DNA of 58,557 nt, the filler included, from Basidiobolus ranarum (taxonomy: Eukaryota): NCBI GenBank assembly GCA_040143965.1. It is 8 parts of 8 records of this genome, joined end to end, with 100 filler letters (N's around TTAATTAATTAA, not from the genome) between each part and the next. Parts side by side here need not be neighbours in the genome. Positions count along the whole stretch, not along the records: positions 1 to 7,252 come from JASJQH010008031.1; positions 7,353 to 14,600 come from JASJQH010008032.1; 6 more parts are not named here. The stretch is one strand, 5' to 3'. A program made the position numbers and the translations under genes. The notes beneath the pieces are model-generated. The model did not search any database. It was not told the DNA's origin and was given only the letters and a program-made list of their open reading frames with translations. This document shows positions 1 through 10,729 of the stretch, piece after piece (position 1 is the stretch's first letter; each line of letters opens with the position of its first letter).

Positions 1-976
1 AGCAGCTCTCACTGTACCACTTTATCCGACCAAGAAAATGGAAGTTGTTCGGAGCAGGACTCTGGCTCCCCACAACCAAAGTCTAAATTTTTAAAGTTCG
101 CACCTGATTTAAGCCCTCAAAAGCCTGCCAAAAAACCAAAGAATAAGAAGTCCAATTCATACAAAGTTAACGGGGTCAATATACTGAACAGAAAGAGTAT
201 TGATAGTAAGACGGTAGTGGATCGGTTAAAAAAACGGCGAGAGAATCACAATCATGTAGAACGTAAACGTCGTGATAATATAAACCATACTATCTTGGAA
301 ATCTCTCAACTGGTTCCTATGGAGACTACAACCAGTACCAAGTTGAACAAAGGAAATATCCTACGTATAGCAGCTGAATATATTAAGGTAGTGAAATTCA
401 TTGGTTTGGTCAACTCTGTTGTTCGTTTCGTTAAATAATTCTCGGTTTCAAAATTAGGAATTGCAAGCAGAAAATTCCCTCTTGAAGTCACAGCTAGCAA
501 ACTATAATGATAGAATGTACACATATTCGGGAGTGCAGGCTTCACCAGTGTCTATTCATCCCATAGATGGACCATCCTACACTGAGTCACAACACAGAGA
601 GATAGCTAATAAATACAATTCGGAGATTTTGATCAAAACCGAAAATAGTGGCTGCTACAACCCATCTGAAGTTTTACCTAATGTTACACACTCGACCATC
701 TCAAATGGTCAATATGGGTATTCGTGTTACCAATACCAACGATTACCATCACAACAGCCCTCAGTCTCACTGCCTGTGACCTGCTTGCCATTACCGAGTA
801 TCATACAATCATCTGAACATGCATCATTATCTTTACCCAAGCTCAGTCAATCGAACCTTGACACTTATTCACGCCCTATTCATGCATTTGGATCACCTAA
901 CAATCCACCCTACCATCCAATGCAGCACAGAGGTCTGATGCTTACTGACCACTACAATACTTTAAATTTATTCTAG
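1..976 (+). CDS. bHLH-leucine zipper transcription factor (USF/Cbf1/Rtg3-like), 5'-truncated; intron 388-457
   Basis: Frame open from base 1. Basic region/helix RRENHNHVERKRRDNINHTILEISQLVP...KLNKGNILRIAAEYIK; a GT..AG intron at 388-457 joins it in frame to ELQAENSLLKSQL (zipper); stop 974-976. Confidence 0.85.
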
Positions 977-1542
977 CGCGCCCTCAGTAGCAGATAGATT
1001 GCTCTACTTCATGTTTGACTGTAATTAAAGTTGTTCAAGAAGCAAATGCGATATATAATCACGTTCTTCGCTCATATCCCATCCCCTATATATAGTTACT
1101 GGATAATCTGTAGACCCTTTCATCTTGTAAATTTCCTCTCCTCAGCAACGATACCTATGTGCGTAATCAATTCGGTTAGTCACTATAAATAGAGCTTATC
1201 TAAACCATCCCATTTGATATGATTTTGGATTTTATATCTTGGATTTCCTTACAATTATTGGTATGATCTTGCCATCCGCCGCAGTGAATATGGTGAAAGT
1301 TAAACACGATTGACTGCGGAAAAGGACAGCGAACTGCTTACATAATGCAAGATTCGTTAAGTTTAACTCGATCCTTGCAGTACCAAATTGCGGTCGCGTA
1401 ACTTTCGGGGAAATCGGGATGGGAATTTATCCCGTTTATCCCAATTACCAATAAACCCATAAACATATATAATACAAAAACGAGACCAACTCTTGATATG
1501 TATATCAAGCCCTTCTCAATACTTCTTTCAAGTCTATTTATT

Positions 1543-3101
1543 ATGTTAGCAGCAGACGCCCTTTTACCTATTACTCCAGAAGAAACTCCTAAAAAAAGTC
1601 TATTCAGATGTGCAGCCAACTCTGCTTCTTATCTCTATAGTTGGTATTGGCCAACTGCTAAACGAAGTGCTGAAGAGGCCGAACTTCGACTATTATCTAG
1701 ATTACGCTTCTTCTCGAACTCCACTAACGAAGATAAAGACACCTCCAAAGTGGATTACAAGACAGTGGCCAAAATAGGTTTAGTGGATATTGGTAAAGGA
1801 GAAAAGATCAACACTTTAGTCATTGACACAGTACGTACCGATAACGGTAAAAAAGTTACACCACCAAGCCCTGAATTCAACCCAACTGAGGTATCTGAAG
1901 AAAACGCAAAAGAACTCGGTTATCATGCCTCTCCACAAACTGACCTTAGAATGGATACTAATGCAGATATCGAAAATGTGAACAAAATTCCTAAAAAGGT
2001 TCTTGTTATCACACATGGATATGGTGCCGGTTTGGGTTGTTACTATCGCAACTTCAACAGCTTGAGTCAAGTAACAGGCTGGCGTATCTATGCTATTGAT
2101 TGGCTTGGTATGGGTAGGAGTAGTCGCTCTGCTTTCCCCTCAAGCAAGCGTAAAGCTCAGACTGAAGAGGAAATAGCCTCAGATGTAAGTAACATACATA
2201 TTCGGAATAATTAATCACTTTCTTGGTACTTTGTCTAATGATATTTTTATTGAATTCCAAATAGGCGGAAGATTTCTTTGTTGATTCGTTAGAAAGATGG
2301 AGAGAAAAGAATGGAATAGAAGAAATGACTTTGCTGGGACATTCAATGGGTGGATACCTATCAGCGGTGTATGCCATGAAATATCCCAATCGAGTTAACA
2401 AATTGATTCTTGCTTCACCTGGTAAGTAGATTATTCAAGTCAATACAAACCTGAACTATTTTTGATGATGAAATCATTTCGTAGTTGGAATACCAGAAGG
2501 TTCGTTAACTCCCAGTCAGACAAAAGGAGCCTCGTTATCCTCTAGTCAGGCAAAAGAAGTACCACCAAATAATAGCCCTAAAGAGTTCAACAATGATAAT
2601 CGTCGCCGATTATTCATAGGATTGGCTGTTCGCCTTTGGAGTTGGAATGTGACTCCCCAATCCATTATTCGATTCACCGGACGTTTTGGACCTTCTCTTG
2701 TTGGAGGATATGTAAACCGCCGCTTCGCATTTCTTGATAAAGAGGATCAAGATGATTTGAAAGACTACCTTTATCATATCTCCTCCATGAGCGGCTCAGG
2801 TGAATATGCTCTAGGAACAATCCTTAAGCCAGGTGCATTTGCCCGTAAACCACTTATTGATCGTCTTCATGAACTTAAAGTACCAACCACTTTCTTATAC
2901 GGTGCTGTAGACTGGATGGATTACCGACATGCCCTAGAAGTACGGAAACGAATGAATGTCCCTACCAAGGTAGTAGTAATCCCACGTGCTGGACATCAAT
3001 TGTTTATTGAAAACCCAGTGGATTTTGATAACGCAGTCATTGCAGAAATGACCGATGGCCCACAAGAACATGAAGTAGATGCTCAAGATAATCAACTGTA
3101 A
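1543..3101 (+). CDS. Alpha/beta hydrolase of the ABHD4/ABHD5/Cld1/Ict1 family; introns 2185-2264 and 2422-2484
   Basis: [20 protein letters not shown] and nucleophile motif GHSMGG (exon 2), plus SGSGEYAL and [10 protein letters not shown]...[13 protein letters not shown] introns restore the frame. The start could alternatively be at 1498. Confidence 0.88.
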
Positions 3102-3586
3102 AAAGATGTAACAAGAACTCCAGAACTTTAATATACTTGTAATAAATATAATTTATCCTTTTATAATATTCACTTGACTCCTTTCATACCCTTACAGAAC
3201 TACAAGTGACTAAATCATGCATAAAGCGATATTTAAGAGCTTCGACATACCAATAACAAAAAATATAGTAAGTAAAGGCAACAACAGATAATTGGCTTGG
3301 ATTTTAATGGGGTAAAGTTTAAGTGGGAGTATTATTGGATTTCTAAAATTACAGATTGCAGATCTATGTATGAAGTACACTTGAAGTACACTGAAAACGA
3401 ACTAAAAGAAGGCGATGAGAGGAAAGGAAGGGAAGCATGAAACTATGTACATTGACAATACTTGTATATCGAACTATCGGATATATTTCTCCTTGGAATA
3501 TATAATTATAAGCGGAGATAAATGTCTTAAACCGACTAACGAGAAGTTTCATTATGGTTGTGATTAGTGTTTTGTCCAGAGCGTAT

Positions 3587-4393
3587 TCAGGCTGAGGGTG
3601 AACTGACTGTACTAGAGCTTGAAGAGCATGAGTCAGAAAAATCCGAGGGCCCATCTAGGTTGAGAGATGATTCCAGTTCGATTAATTGATATACCAAATA
3701 TAAATTTGGTGATATATGAGGACTCCGTGATTTGACGAATGAATATGCCTGATTTAAGGAAAGGTGCAATGTACGCATAACATACGCGATAATCAAACTA
3801 GCTGAGCGTGATACTCCACATTGACAGTGTACTAAAGCCCCCAATCCTTCTACACGAGCTTGGTCAACGAAAGCAAATAAGTCGGCAAAGTCTTGACAAA
3901 GTTTTTCTTGATTATGCGACCAATTGGCTTTCTTGTATTTGAGGGTACGTGGAGAAGAATTTGGCGTCAAGGAAATATTGGATTCAGCTTCGGTTGCACC
4001 TTCAGTGAAGAAAGGGGAATCAACCTCCTGAGCTACGTTCAGAATATAGTGAATATTCTCTTTCTCAAGTTTCTCTTTGTCCTGGGCATTCTGTTCGCTA
4101 CCCAAATAAAGATTTGGTAGTATGCATATAGGTCCAGAGTCGTATTTATTATCCTGAAGGCAAGCGGCAGACTCTTGAGAAATAGGAGATTGCAATAGTG
4201 CTGAGACGTTCAGAGGAGCTATTTGTATAGGAGTACTGGCGGAAAGAGGTGAATCTGACAGAGGTGAAGTAGCGGGTTGAGGTATCACCAGAGAAAGTGG
4301 TTTACAATGACGTTTTTTAATATCTAGTCGAAGTGGACTTTTTGTAGCCTTTGAAATTGAACGGGAAATCGTATGAGAAAGCATGACAGTCAT
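3587..4393 (-). CDS. Dual-specificity (MAPK) protein phosphatase, Msg5/Pmp1-like
   Basis: GPICILPNLYLGS, ILNVAQEV, catalytic VHCQCGVSRS and AYSFVKSRSPHISPN; single exon. Confidence 0.9.
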   Translation of the reverse strand: MTVMLSHTISRSISKATKSPLRLDIKKRHCKPLSLVIPQPATSPLSDSPLSASTPIQIAPLNVSALLQSPISQESAACLQDNKYDSGPICILPNLYLGSEQNAQDKEKLEKENIHYILNVAQEVDSPFFTEGATEAESNISLTPNSSPRTLKYKKANWSHNQEKLCQDFADLFAFVDQARVEGLGALVHCQCGVSRSASLIIAYVMRTLHLSLNQAYSFVKSRSPHISPNLYLVYQLIELESSLNLDGPSDFSDSCSSSSSTVSSPSA

Positions 4394-5022
4394 ATCTATT
4401 AAGAGTTGATATTAAGATATATAGTGATTTCTTTAGTGTTTCGCGACACTTGAATCTACTACTAAGCTGGTTATGATCGTAACAAGGATAAAGGACAAGA
4501 TATGTGTGGAATCTATCAGATCACACTGTTTAGCGCGAAATTAAGTAACAAGATTAAAGAGTCGAAGTTGAGAAAAAATCAGACGGGATTCCGATGATTA
4601 TATAGGAACTGAGGTCCAGACAAAAATAGATATTGCTCAAACAGGACTTGTTGTATTAAAAACATTCATATATTATATATTTTCACATCATTAAGGAAGA
4701 GCCAGATCCATAATCTATTAATATAATACAATATCAGTCAGATGTACCATCAACACTTCCCAATGCAATTATATCATGATGATTCGGCTAAAATCTATTT
4801 ATAAGATGACTTGTTATTTTTAGTAAGCCCTAACCCTAAACAATCTCCTACATTCAGGTCTGAAACAAACTCATGGCTTATATTATGAGAATGGGCAGAG
4901 AGAATGGGGTGATAATAAGCCAATCAATCTTCTCATTAGATATATTCCAAGAATTCCCTACACAACCACGCCTACTCCAATTTACTAATGTTGAACTTGG
5001 CATGGTTACAGCAATACTTCGC

Positions 5023-5090
5023 ATAACAGGTGTATTCGGAAATGCTTTGAAGCAATATAACAGGTGTGTTCGGAAATGCTTGGAAGCAAT
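5023..5090. repeat. Tandem duplication, 2 x 34 bp
   Basis: ataacaggtgtattcggaaatgctttgaagcaat / ataacaggtgtgttcggaaatgcttggaagcaat, 2 mismatches. Confidence 0.9.
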
Positions 5091-5482
5091 TGCTTTCTTC
5101 CGTTGAATGTGATAATGTGCATTGGCAACGAAATCTCGCTAGTTTATCTTTTATTTATCAGCATTATGTGAGGCGTTTCAGGTGAAGTTTTGGACACCCA
5201 GCACACCCGATCCAGTTGGTACATTGGATATATATCACTAGAAAATGAGTATGCCACGTGTTCTGTATTATAACTAAGTTAAGTACAGAGATAGTTAACA
5301 TAGATTGGCAAATCGAGAGGTGATTTGGGAGGGCAACTCAAAAGCCCATTTACACTTTACCAACTATTTGAATGCGATCAAGAAAAAAATTTAAGTGCCA
5401 TAAAAAATAACCCTGGTTTTTTCCCCCAAGATGTATAATAGCGAAAATACGGGCATTTTGGATTCTCTCTCTTACATTGAAC

Positions 5483-6432
5483 ATGGCTGCTCAAATCTCC
5501 AAGAAGAGAAAGGTATTAATCTCTTGATTTTCTTACGAAGTTATTAGTATTTTCATTATTCGAGTGAAGTCTAGTTAGAGTAGGAATTGGAATCAAACGA
5601 TGGATGCGCATTGATAATTATTGGATTAAAACAATCAAGACGTCTATTTACCCTTCTATACCATTGACTCTTATATATGACATCTAACTAATCATTTTTA
5701 CCTTTGATATAGTTCGTTGCTGATGGTGTCTTCTACGCCGAGTTAAACGAATTCTTCACCCGCGAACTTGCTGAGGAAGGTTACGCTGGTGTTGAAGTAC
5801 GTGTCACTCCTGCTCGTACTGAAATCATCATCCGTGCCACCCGTACTCAAGATGTTCTTGGTGAGAAGGGTCGTCGTATTCGTGAATTGACCTCCGTTGT
5901 CCAAAAACGTTTCAATTTCCCCGAAAACACTGTTGAACTCTACGCCGAGCGTGTTGCCAACCGTGGTCTTTGCGCCATTGCTCAATGCGAATCCGTTCGT
6001 TACAAGTTGATTGCTGGACTTGCTGTTCGTCGTGCTGCTTACTCCGTTCTCCGTTTCGCCATGGAGTCTGGTGCTAAGGGTTGTGAGGTTGTCATCTCCG
6101 GTAAACTTCGCGCTGCTCGTGCTAAGGCCATGAAGTTCTCTGACGGTTTCATGATTCACTCCGGTCAACCTGTTCGTGATTATATTACTACCGCCGTTCG
6201 TCACGTCCTTCTCCGTCAAGGTGTTCTTGGTATTAAGGTCAAAATTATGTTGGACTGGGATCCTTCAGGTAAGATTGGACCCAAGAATCCTCTTCCTGAT
6301 ATGATCACCATTATGGAACCCAAGGAAGAGGCCCCTGTTACTGAGCCTATGTCCGAAGATTTCCAAAAGAAGGTAGAGGCTCCAGTTGAAGCTGAGGCTG
6401 CTCAACCTGCTTCAGAGGTTGAAGCTAACTAA
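5483..6432 (+). CDS. RPS3: 40S ribosomal protein S3 (uS3); intron 5513-5712
   Basis: Exon 1 [10 protein letters not shown]; exon 2 [33 protein letters not shown]...[23 protein letters not shown]...VLGIKVKIM; strong codon bias. Confidence 0.98.
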
Positions 6433-7100
6433 ATTTGAAGTGCTCTTCTCCATATAATAAACTTATTGTTGCTTGGAGTTTCGGTCAAATGCCCATGTTT
6501 AATGTATTTTTAGATACAATCATTGTTTCAACTTTATATCAAATTTTGCATTATTTTGAACGGGTTTTGATTATTTCATTAACGCAAGAAGTAGCATTCT
6601 TCTGACCTATAAATGGATGATGAAATTTTTTATGTATTGCGTGATGGGAAGTTATTCAAATAGAGTAATGCTTTGTTAACAAGATTTAATGTGGTGCTAT
6701 CGAACAAGTTGGGAGGAATCCAGGAAGGTAAGGCCCCTTGTAACAATAATATCACCTAAAACCTCAATGAATTTAAACGCCACGATTTGGACTAATGAGA
6801 TTGTGGATCCAAATACTGTGATACGAAGCGTGAGGTGGATGTTCCTAATGATAGATGACTAGAAATTATACTTGATTCTAAACACCACAATATATTTCAT
6901 TTTGCTGAATGAAGAATATTCCATTGGCTCCATATCACTATTAATACGCAAGGTTATATCAAATGTTTACTTTCTTTAAGGCAGCTCTGCTAAATACATT
7001 TGCCATTGGCATTACTGAAAATTTATTGAGGATTTGCAGTTCGTAGGTTAGTGAATATTGCTAAAATAAGTGATGGTTACATATACAGGGATAAGAGGAT

Positions 7101-7252
7101 TTAGTTTTTGCGAATGTTCGCACTGGCTGGGTGAACAGGTTCATCAACATTGTACGCTTTTGAGCCCCACTTAGGATCCACTTGTTGACTGGGATGAAGT
7201 GGGTCAACTGCATGTCCTTGCTGCCCTTCATTACGCTGTGCTTTGGCTAATG
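7101..7252 (-). CDS. Possible 3' end of an unidentified gene cut by the contig end
   Basis: Open frame LAKAQRNEGQQGHAVDPLHPSQQVDPKWGSKAYNVDEPVHPASANIRKN* with higher GC than its flank; family not recognised. Confidence 0.4.
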
Positions 7253-7352
7253 NNNNNNNNNNNNNNNNNNNNNNNNNNNNNNNNNNNNNNNNNNNNTTAA
7301 TTAATTAANNNNNNNNNNNNNNNNNNNNNNNNNNNNNNNNNNNNNNNNNNNN
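7253..7352. other. Artificial contig spacer (N44-TTAATTAATTAA-N44); identical spacers at 14601-14700, 21937-22036, 29272-29371, 36604-36703, 43929-44028 and 51253-51352
   Basis: Identical 100-bp structure with stops in all six frames; the intervening pieces decrease monotonically in length. Confidence 0.97.
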
Positions 7353-7364
7353 CATAGCATACAA

Positions 7365-7437
7365 GGACTGGTAGCTCAGTGGTTAGAGCACCTTGCTAGA
7401 GTGAAGGAGGCCCCAGGTTCAAATCCTGGCCAGACCA
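7365..7437 (+). pseudogene. tRNA-like sequence (degenerate tRNA or tRNA-derived TE portion)
   Basis: GGACTGG-TA-GCTC-AGTGGTTA-GAGC-A-CCTTG-CTAGAGT-GAAGG-AGGCC-CCAGG-TTCAAAT-CCTGG-CCAGACC-A. D and T arms and A/B boxes are intact. There is an A-A mismatch in the acceptor stem and G-G in the anticodon stem, and the AGA anticodon lacks the long Ser variable arm. Confidence 0.7.
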
Positions 7438-7472
7438 ATATTTCTCCCTAAATAATTTCAATATACCTGACA

Positions 7473-8640
7473 GAAGACTAATTTTGCCAAGTTTCTTGGC
7501 TTCAGTGAGTTGTTCCAGTAGCTAATCTATGTTAGGGATAGGATATTTGTTTTTAAAATGACAGAGTTCAGTGCTTGATTATCATTGCACATTCTTAAGG
7601 TCCACCATTCTTCTTGGCCAACAAGCCTGGTGCTCTCCATGGTGACTTGCATGGTCTTATGTATCCTTGCTCAAAGAGTCAGACAATCACCTTCTTAACT
7701 GCTTATAACTCTAAGGAACTCATGCAGTTGGGCTCTTTGCCCACCAGTCCACTGTCTCCTTTGTTTGTTGCTTTGTCTACTTTCCTAGCAGGTAAAAGCA
7801 CTCTCAATTCCTGTTGAATTACTTCCTAGTATCCATTCTATACTTCTGTCATTGCAGTTAGCATATCCTTCTACTCCTTGACCAGTAATATAGCAATCAG
7901 AAGCATTTCTTGATTCTTCTGGACAGCTTGGCTGAACTGACTTTCACTGGCAGACAGATCCCCCTTGTGACTGGCCTTGGTAAGGTAATACTACATTTTG
8001 ATGGGGGTAAGCTGTAAAATCTTGCCAGCTTTTGTCACAGTAATCTCATGCATTCTCTGGTCAATATTTGCATTTTGCTGATATAGTAAAGCCTTCCCAA
8101 GCACTAAGTCAAACTTGAAGCTATCAAACAAGTTAACTTGAATGTCATTCTGGTATTCTCCCACAGTGAGCTGTAAGGGACTTGTCATTGAACAAGTAGA
8201 TGTGCTGTTTGATCTGTAGTAGAAACTATGGTTGTTGGAGTAGGCTCTGAGTAGATTACTGCACTATAGGCAAACTGGAGTTATATATACTCATGTGATG
8301 CTCTTGAGTGATTTATGATGCTGGCAGTAGTTCCATTTATAACTTTATTGTGATATACTAGTCTTGCTGAGTTCTTGTTTGTATTGCGTAGATATTCAGC
8401 AGTTTATTGTAGAGTGGCCTCAGCTACTTCTTCCTGATTGTTGTCTGACTTTTCCATAGTTGCAGCAATGTTAAAGCTGTTCCTACTTTTGCATCGCTTT
8501 CTATGTGGATAATACATAGCTTAATGTCCCTTCTTATGCCATGTGCAAGGCAATTTTCTTTATTTACTTTCTTCTATAGTGAGCTCTCTGTTGTAGAAAT
8601 CAATTTTTATGGAAGTTTCTTCCATTAGTCTCCAGGGGTA
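7473..8640 (-). mobile_element. Degenerate Ty3/Gypsy gag-protease-RT remnant
   Basis: Minus strand gives EQGYIRPCKSPWRAP...MC..ALNSV..KNKYPIPNID*LLEQL (Gypsy RT N-terminus) and FDLVLGKALL (protease C-terminus), with frameshifts and stops. Confidence 0.8.
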
Positions 8641-8654
8641 ACTTTTGTGTTGTC

Positions 8655-9290
8655 TGACAAGAGTGTTTGGGACATTTGGTGGTGTTTTGGACAAGATTGT
8701 GATTTGTGATTTAGACACTCATGTTCTATTGAATTAAATATGCCCTGATTAAAGCTTACTATGAAACACAACTATAGGATGAGCTTGGATCATAACAGAC
8801 ATGCCTGTTAAGCATTGGTAAAAATCTCAGAAGATTTGGGACATTTGAGAAAATTGTGAACATTGATAAATGTGATCTAATTGCTAATTCTATCAATTAG
8901 AGCAATAGACACATGTTTTTGAATGGCAGGTCTGAGTACTAAATAGAATATGAATAAGCTAACTACTAAATAATGAGTTGCTATCTATCTAATTTGAGCG
9001 TTCCCACTGAACTAATCAATTTGTATTTCTCTTAAATCTAACTTATATCTTGATAATTCAAATTGTGCTTTAGCAAAAGGATTGGTTACAATGTTAGGAA
9101 TCATTTCTTCAGTGGGGCAATAGATAAGTTCCTTTATATCTCTCTCTATTTCTTATCTAAGAAAATGATCCCTGATATCTTTATGTTTTGTTTCAGTATG
9201 AAACAAAGAGTTTTTAGTTAATGAAATACAACTTTGATTCTCTTCAAATATAATATTGGCACTCTTCATAGGTGATTGCAATCTTAATTG
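8655..9290 (-). mobile_element. Ty1/Copia 3' end: RNase H remnant (~9010-9290) plus 3' LTR (~8655-9000, LTR family A)
   Basis: IFEENQSCISLTKNSLFHTETKHKDIRDHFLR...YCPTEEMIPNIVT; the LTR aligns by eye with 13316-13664. Confidence 0.8.
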
Positions 9291-9309
9291 CCTTTTTGAA
9301 AGTGTCTGG

Positions 9310-9535
9310 GGCTTGGTAGTTTACTTACATCTTGCACCTACAATTCAATGTAAATTTATTAAGTGAGATAATTCTGTGTATATACTGAGGCTGATAGATC
9401 TGATGAGTAATGATTCATCCACTGTTTACTAATCTAATTGCTACAATAGGTTATAGCTACATCATACCAGAGTGGAACTATTCTTGGGCAAGACATAACA
9501 GAGTGACACAACATTCAGTTTAAGTTGAGCACAAC
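9310..9535. repeat. LTR-like repeat family B (second copy at ~13770-14013)
   Basis: Shared tracts ctaatctaattgctac / gcaatctaattactat, ctacatca and ctattcttgggcaagacat; both copies end in ...aaca. Confidence 0.6.
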
Positions 9536-9539
9536 AGTG

Positions 9540-10379
9540 CTCTTATCATCTACATCTAGTGCATAATCATCTTCTGAGAAGACTTTCCTTGCTCTGATGG
9601 GTTTTAAGCTGGAAAAGCAATTTTTCTTGTTTGGCATAGGCCAGGAAACTCCTGAATTAATTTACCACATTTTTGAGTCTTCCTTAGTGATTACAGATAG
9701 AGCAGACACAAATAAATGGTCTTAATCTGTGCTTTCTTGATTTAGTTGTTCCAATTTTGCCTTTTTGGCAAAACTCCTTTTTGTGCAATCTTTGATTAGG
9801 TGGCCTGGTTTCATGCAGCACTTGCAGATGACTGATTTTCTACTGGGGCACCATTAATGAAGCCTGTAGGATTTTTTACAGCTCTAAAGAATGCCTGATC
9901 AGCATTATTTTGCTGAGAATTGGGTCTCCTTAATTTGTCATGCAAGAGCATAACACCAGCATATTCCACTGCTAGTGGCTCTGATCTTGATTCTAGGGCA
10001 AGTATGAGGTTCCCCAACTTTTCTGACAGTTTCACAAGTAGTGTCATGCCAGACCATCTTGATTAAGAGGTGCTCTAATGGACAAAAGCTGATTTCTCAT
10101 AGTTTTTACCTAATTGATATGATTAGCCATCAGAATTTTCTAAATTGATAATAGTTTGTGTCTAAGATGTAGCCTACTATCCAGATATTTAGTCTCATAT
10201 GGTCCCTCAGGTGCCTACCAAGTAGTTTGGATAATTTTGGAGTGTATGTGCCTCAATTAAGAGTCTCTAAGGTGTAGATAAAGTGTAGACAGTACTTTCC
10301 TCTGCTTCTTGTTAGTGGCTTGGACAGCTCTTGGTGATCCCTTTGGCACTATTTATTCTTTGGTAACAAATCCCCAAAG
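9540..10379 (-). mobile_element. Degenerate Copia gag/protease fragment
   Basis: LGNLILALESRSEPLAVEYAGVMLL, zinc-knuckle remnant CKCCMKPGHLIKDC. Confidence 0.75.
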
Positions 10380-10729
10380 TGTTGAAATTAGGTAAAAAGC
10401 AACTCTTTGTTTAATAGTTAGTGTATATATTCTGATTATTTAGCACTCAATTCAGTCATTCAAGAACATGTGTTTATTGATCTCATCAATAGATACATCA
10501 AATACATCACTTTTACCAATTCTCAATATATTCTCACAACCTCTCCTAATCACTGCAAATTTTTACATGTGTTTTACTGGCATGTTTGTTATGATCTAAG
10601 CACATCCAATAGTCCTATTTCATGATAAACTAAGCATTGAATATATTATATTCACCAAAACGTAAGTTTTTGATTCACAAATTCAAATATTATACAAAGT
10701 ACTTCCAAATCCCCTAAACACTTTGCTCA
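10380..10729 (+). repeat. Copia LTR family A (TG...CA, 350 bp)
   Basis: Begins tgttgaaattagg and ends ctttgctca; reverse-complement homolog of 13316-13664. Confidence 0.8.

Noticed and set aside
5513-5712. Intronic snoRNA in the long RPS3 intron
   Set aside because: No convincing C (RUGAUGA) and D (CUGA) boxes or H/ACA architecture.
5743-6219. 158-aa antisense ORF
   Set aside because: Shadow of the codon-biased RPS3 gene.
7297-7308. Regularly spaced TTAATTAATTAA palindromes as a biological repeat or CRISPR-like array
   Set aside because: Always centred in N runs of identical length; an artificial linker.
7365-7437. Functional tRNA-Ser(AGA)
   Set aside because: No long variable arm, mismatches in the acceptor and anticodon stems, no T-run terminator, and a TE context.
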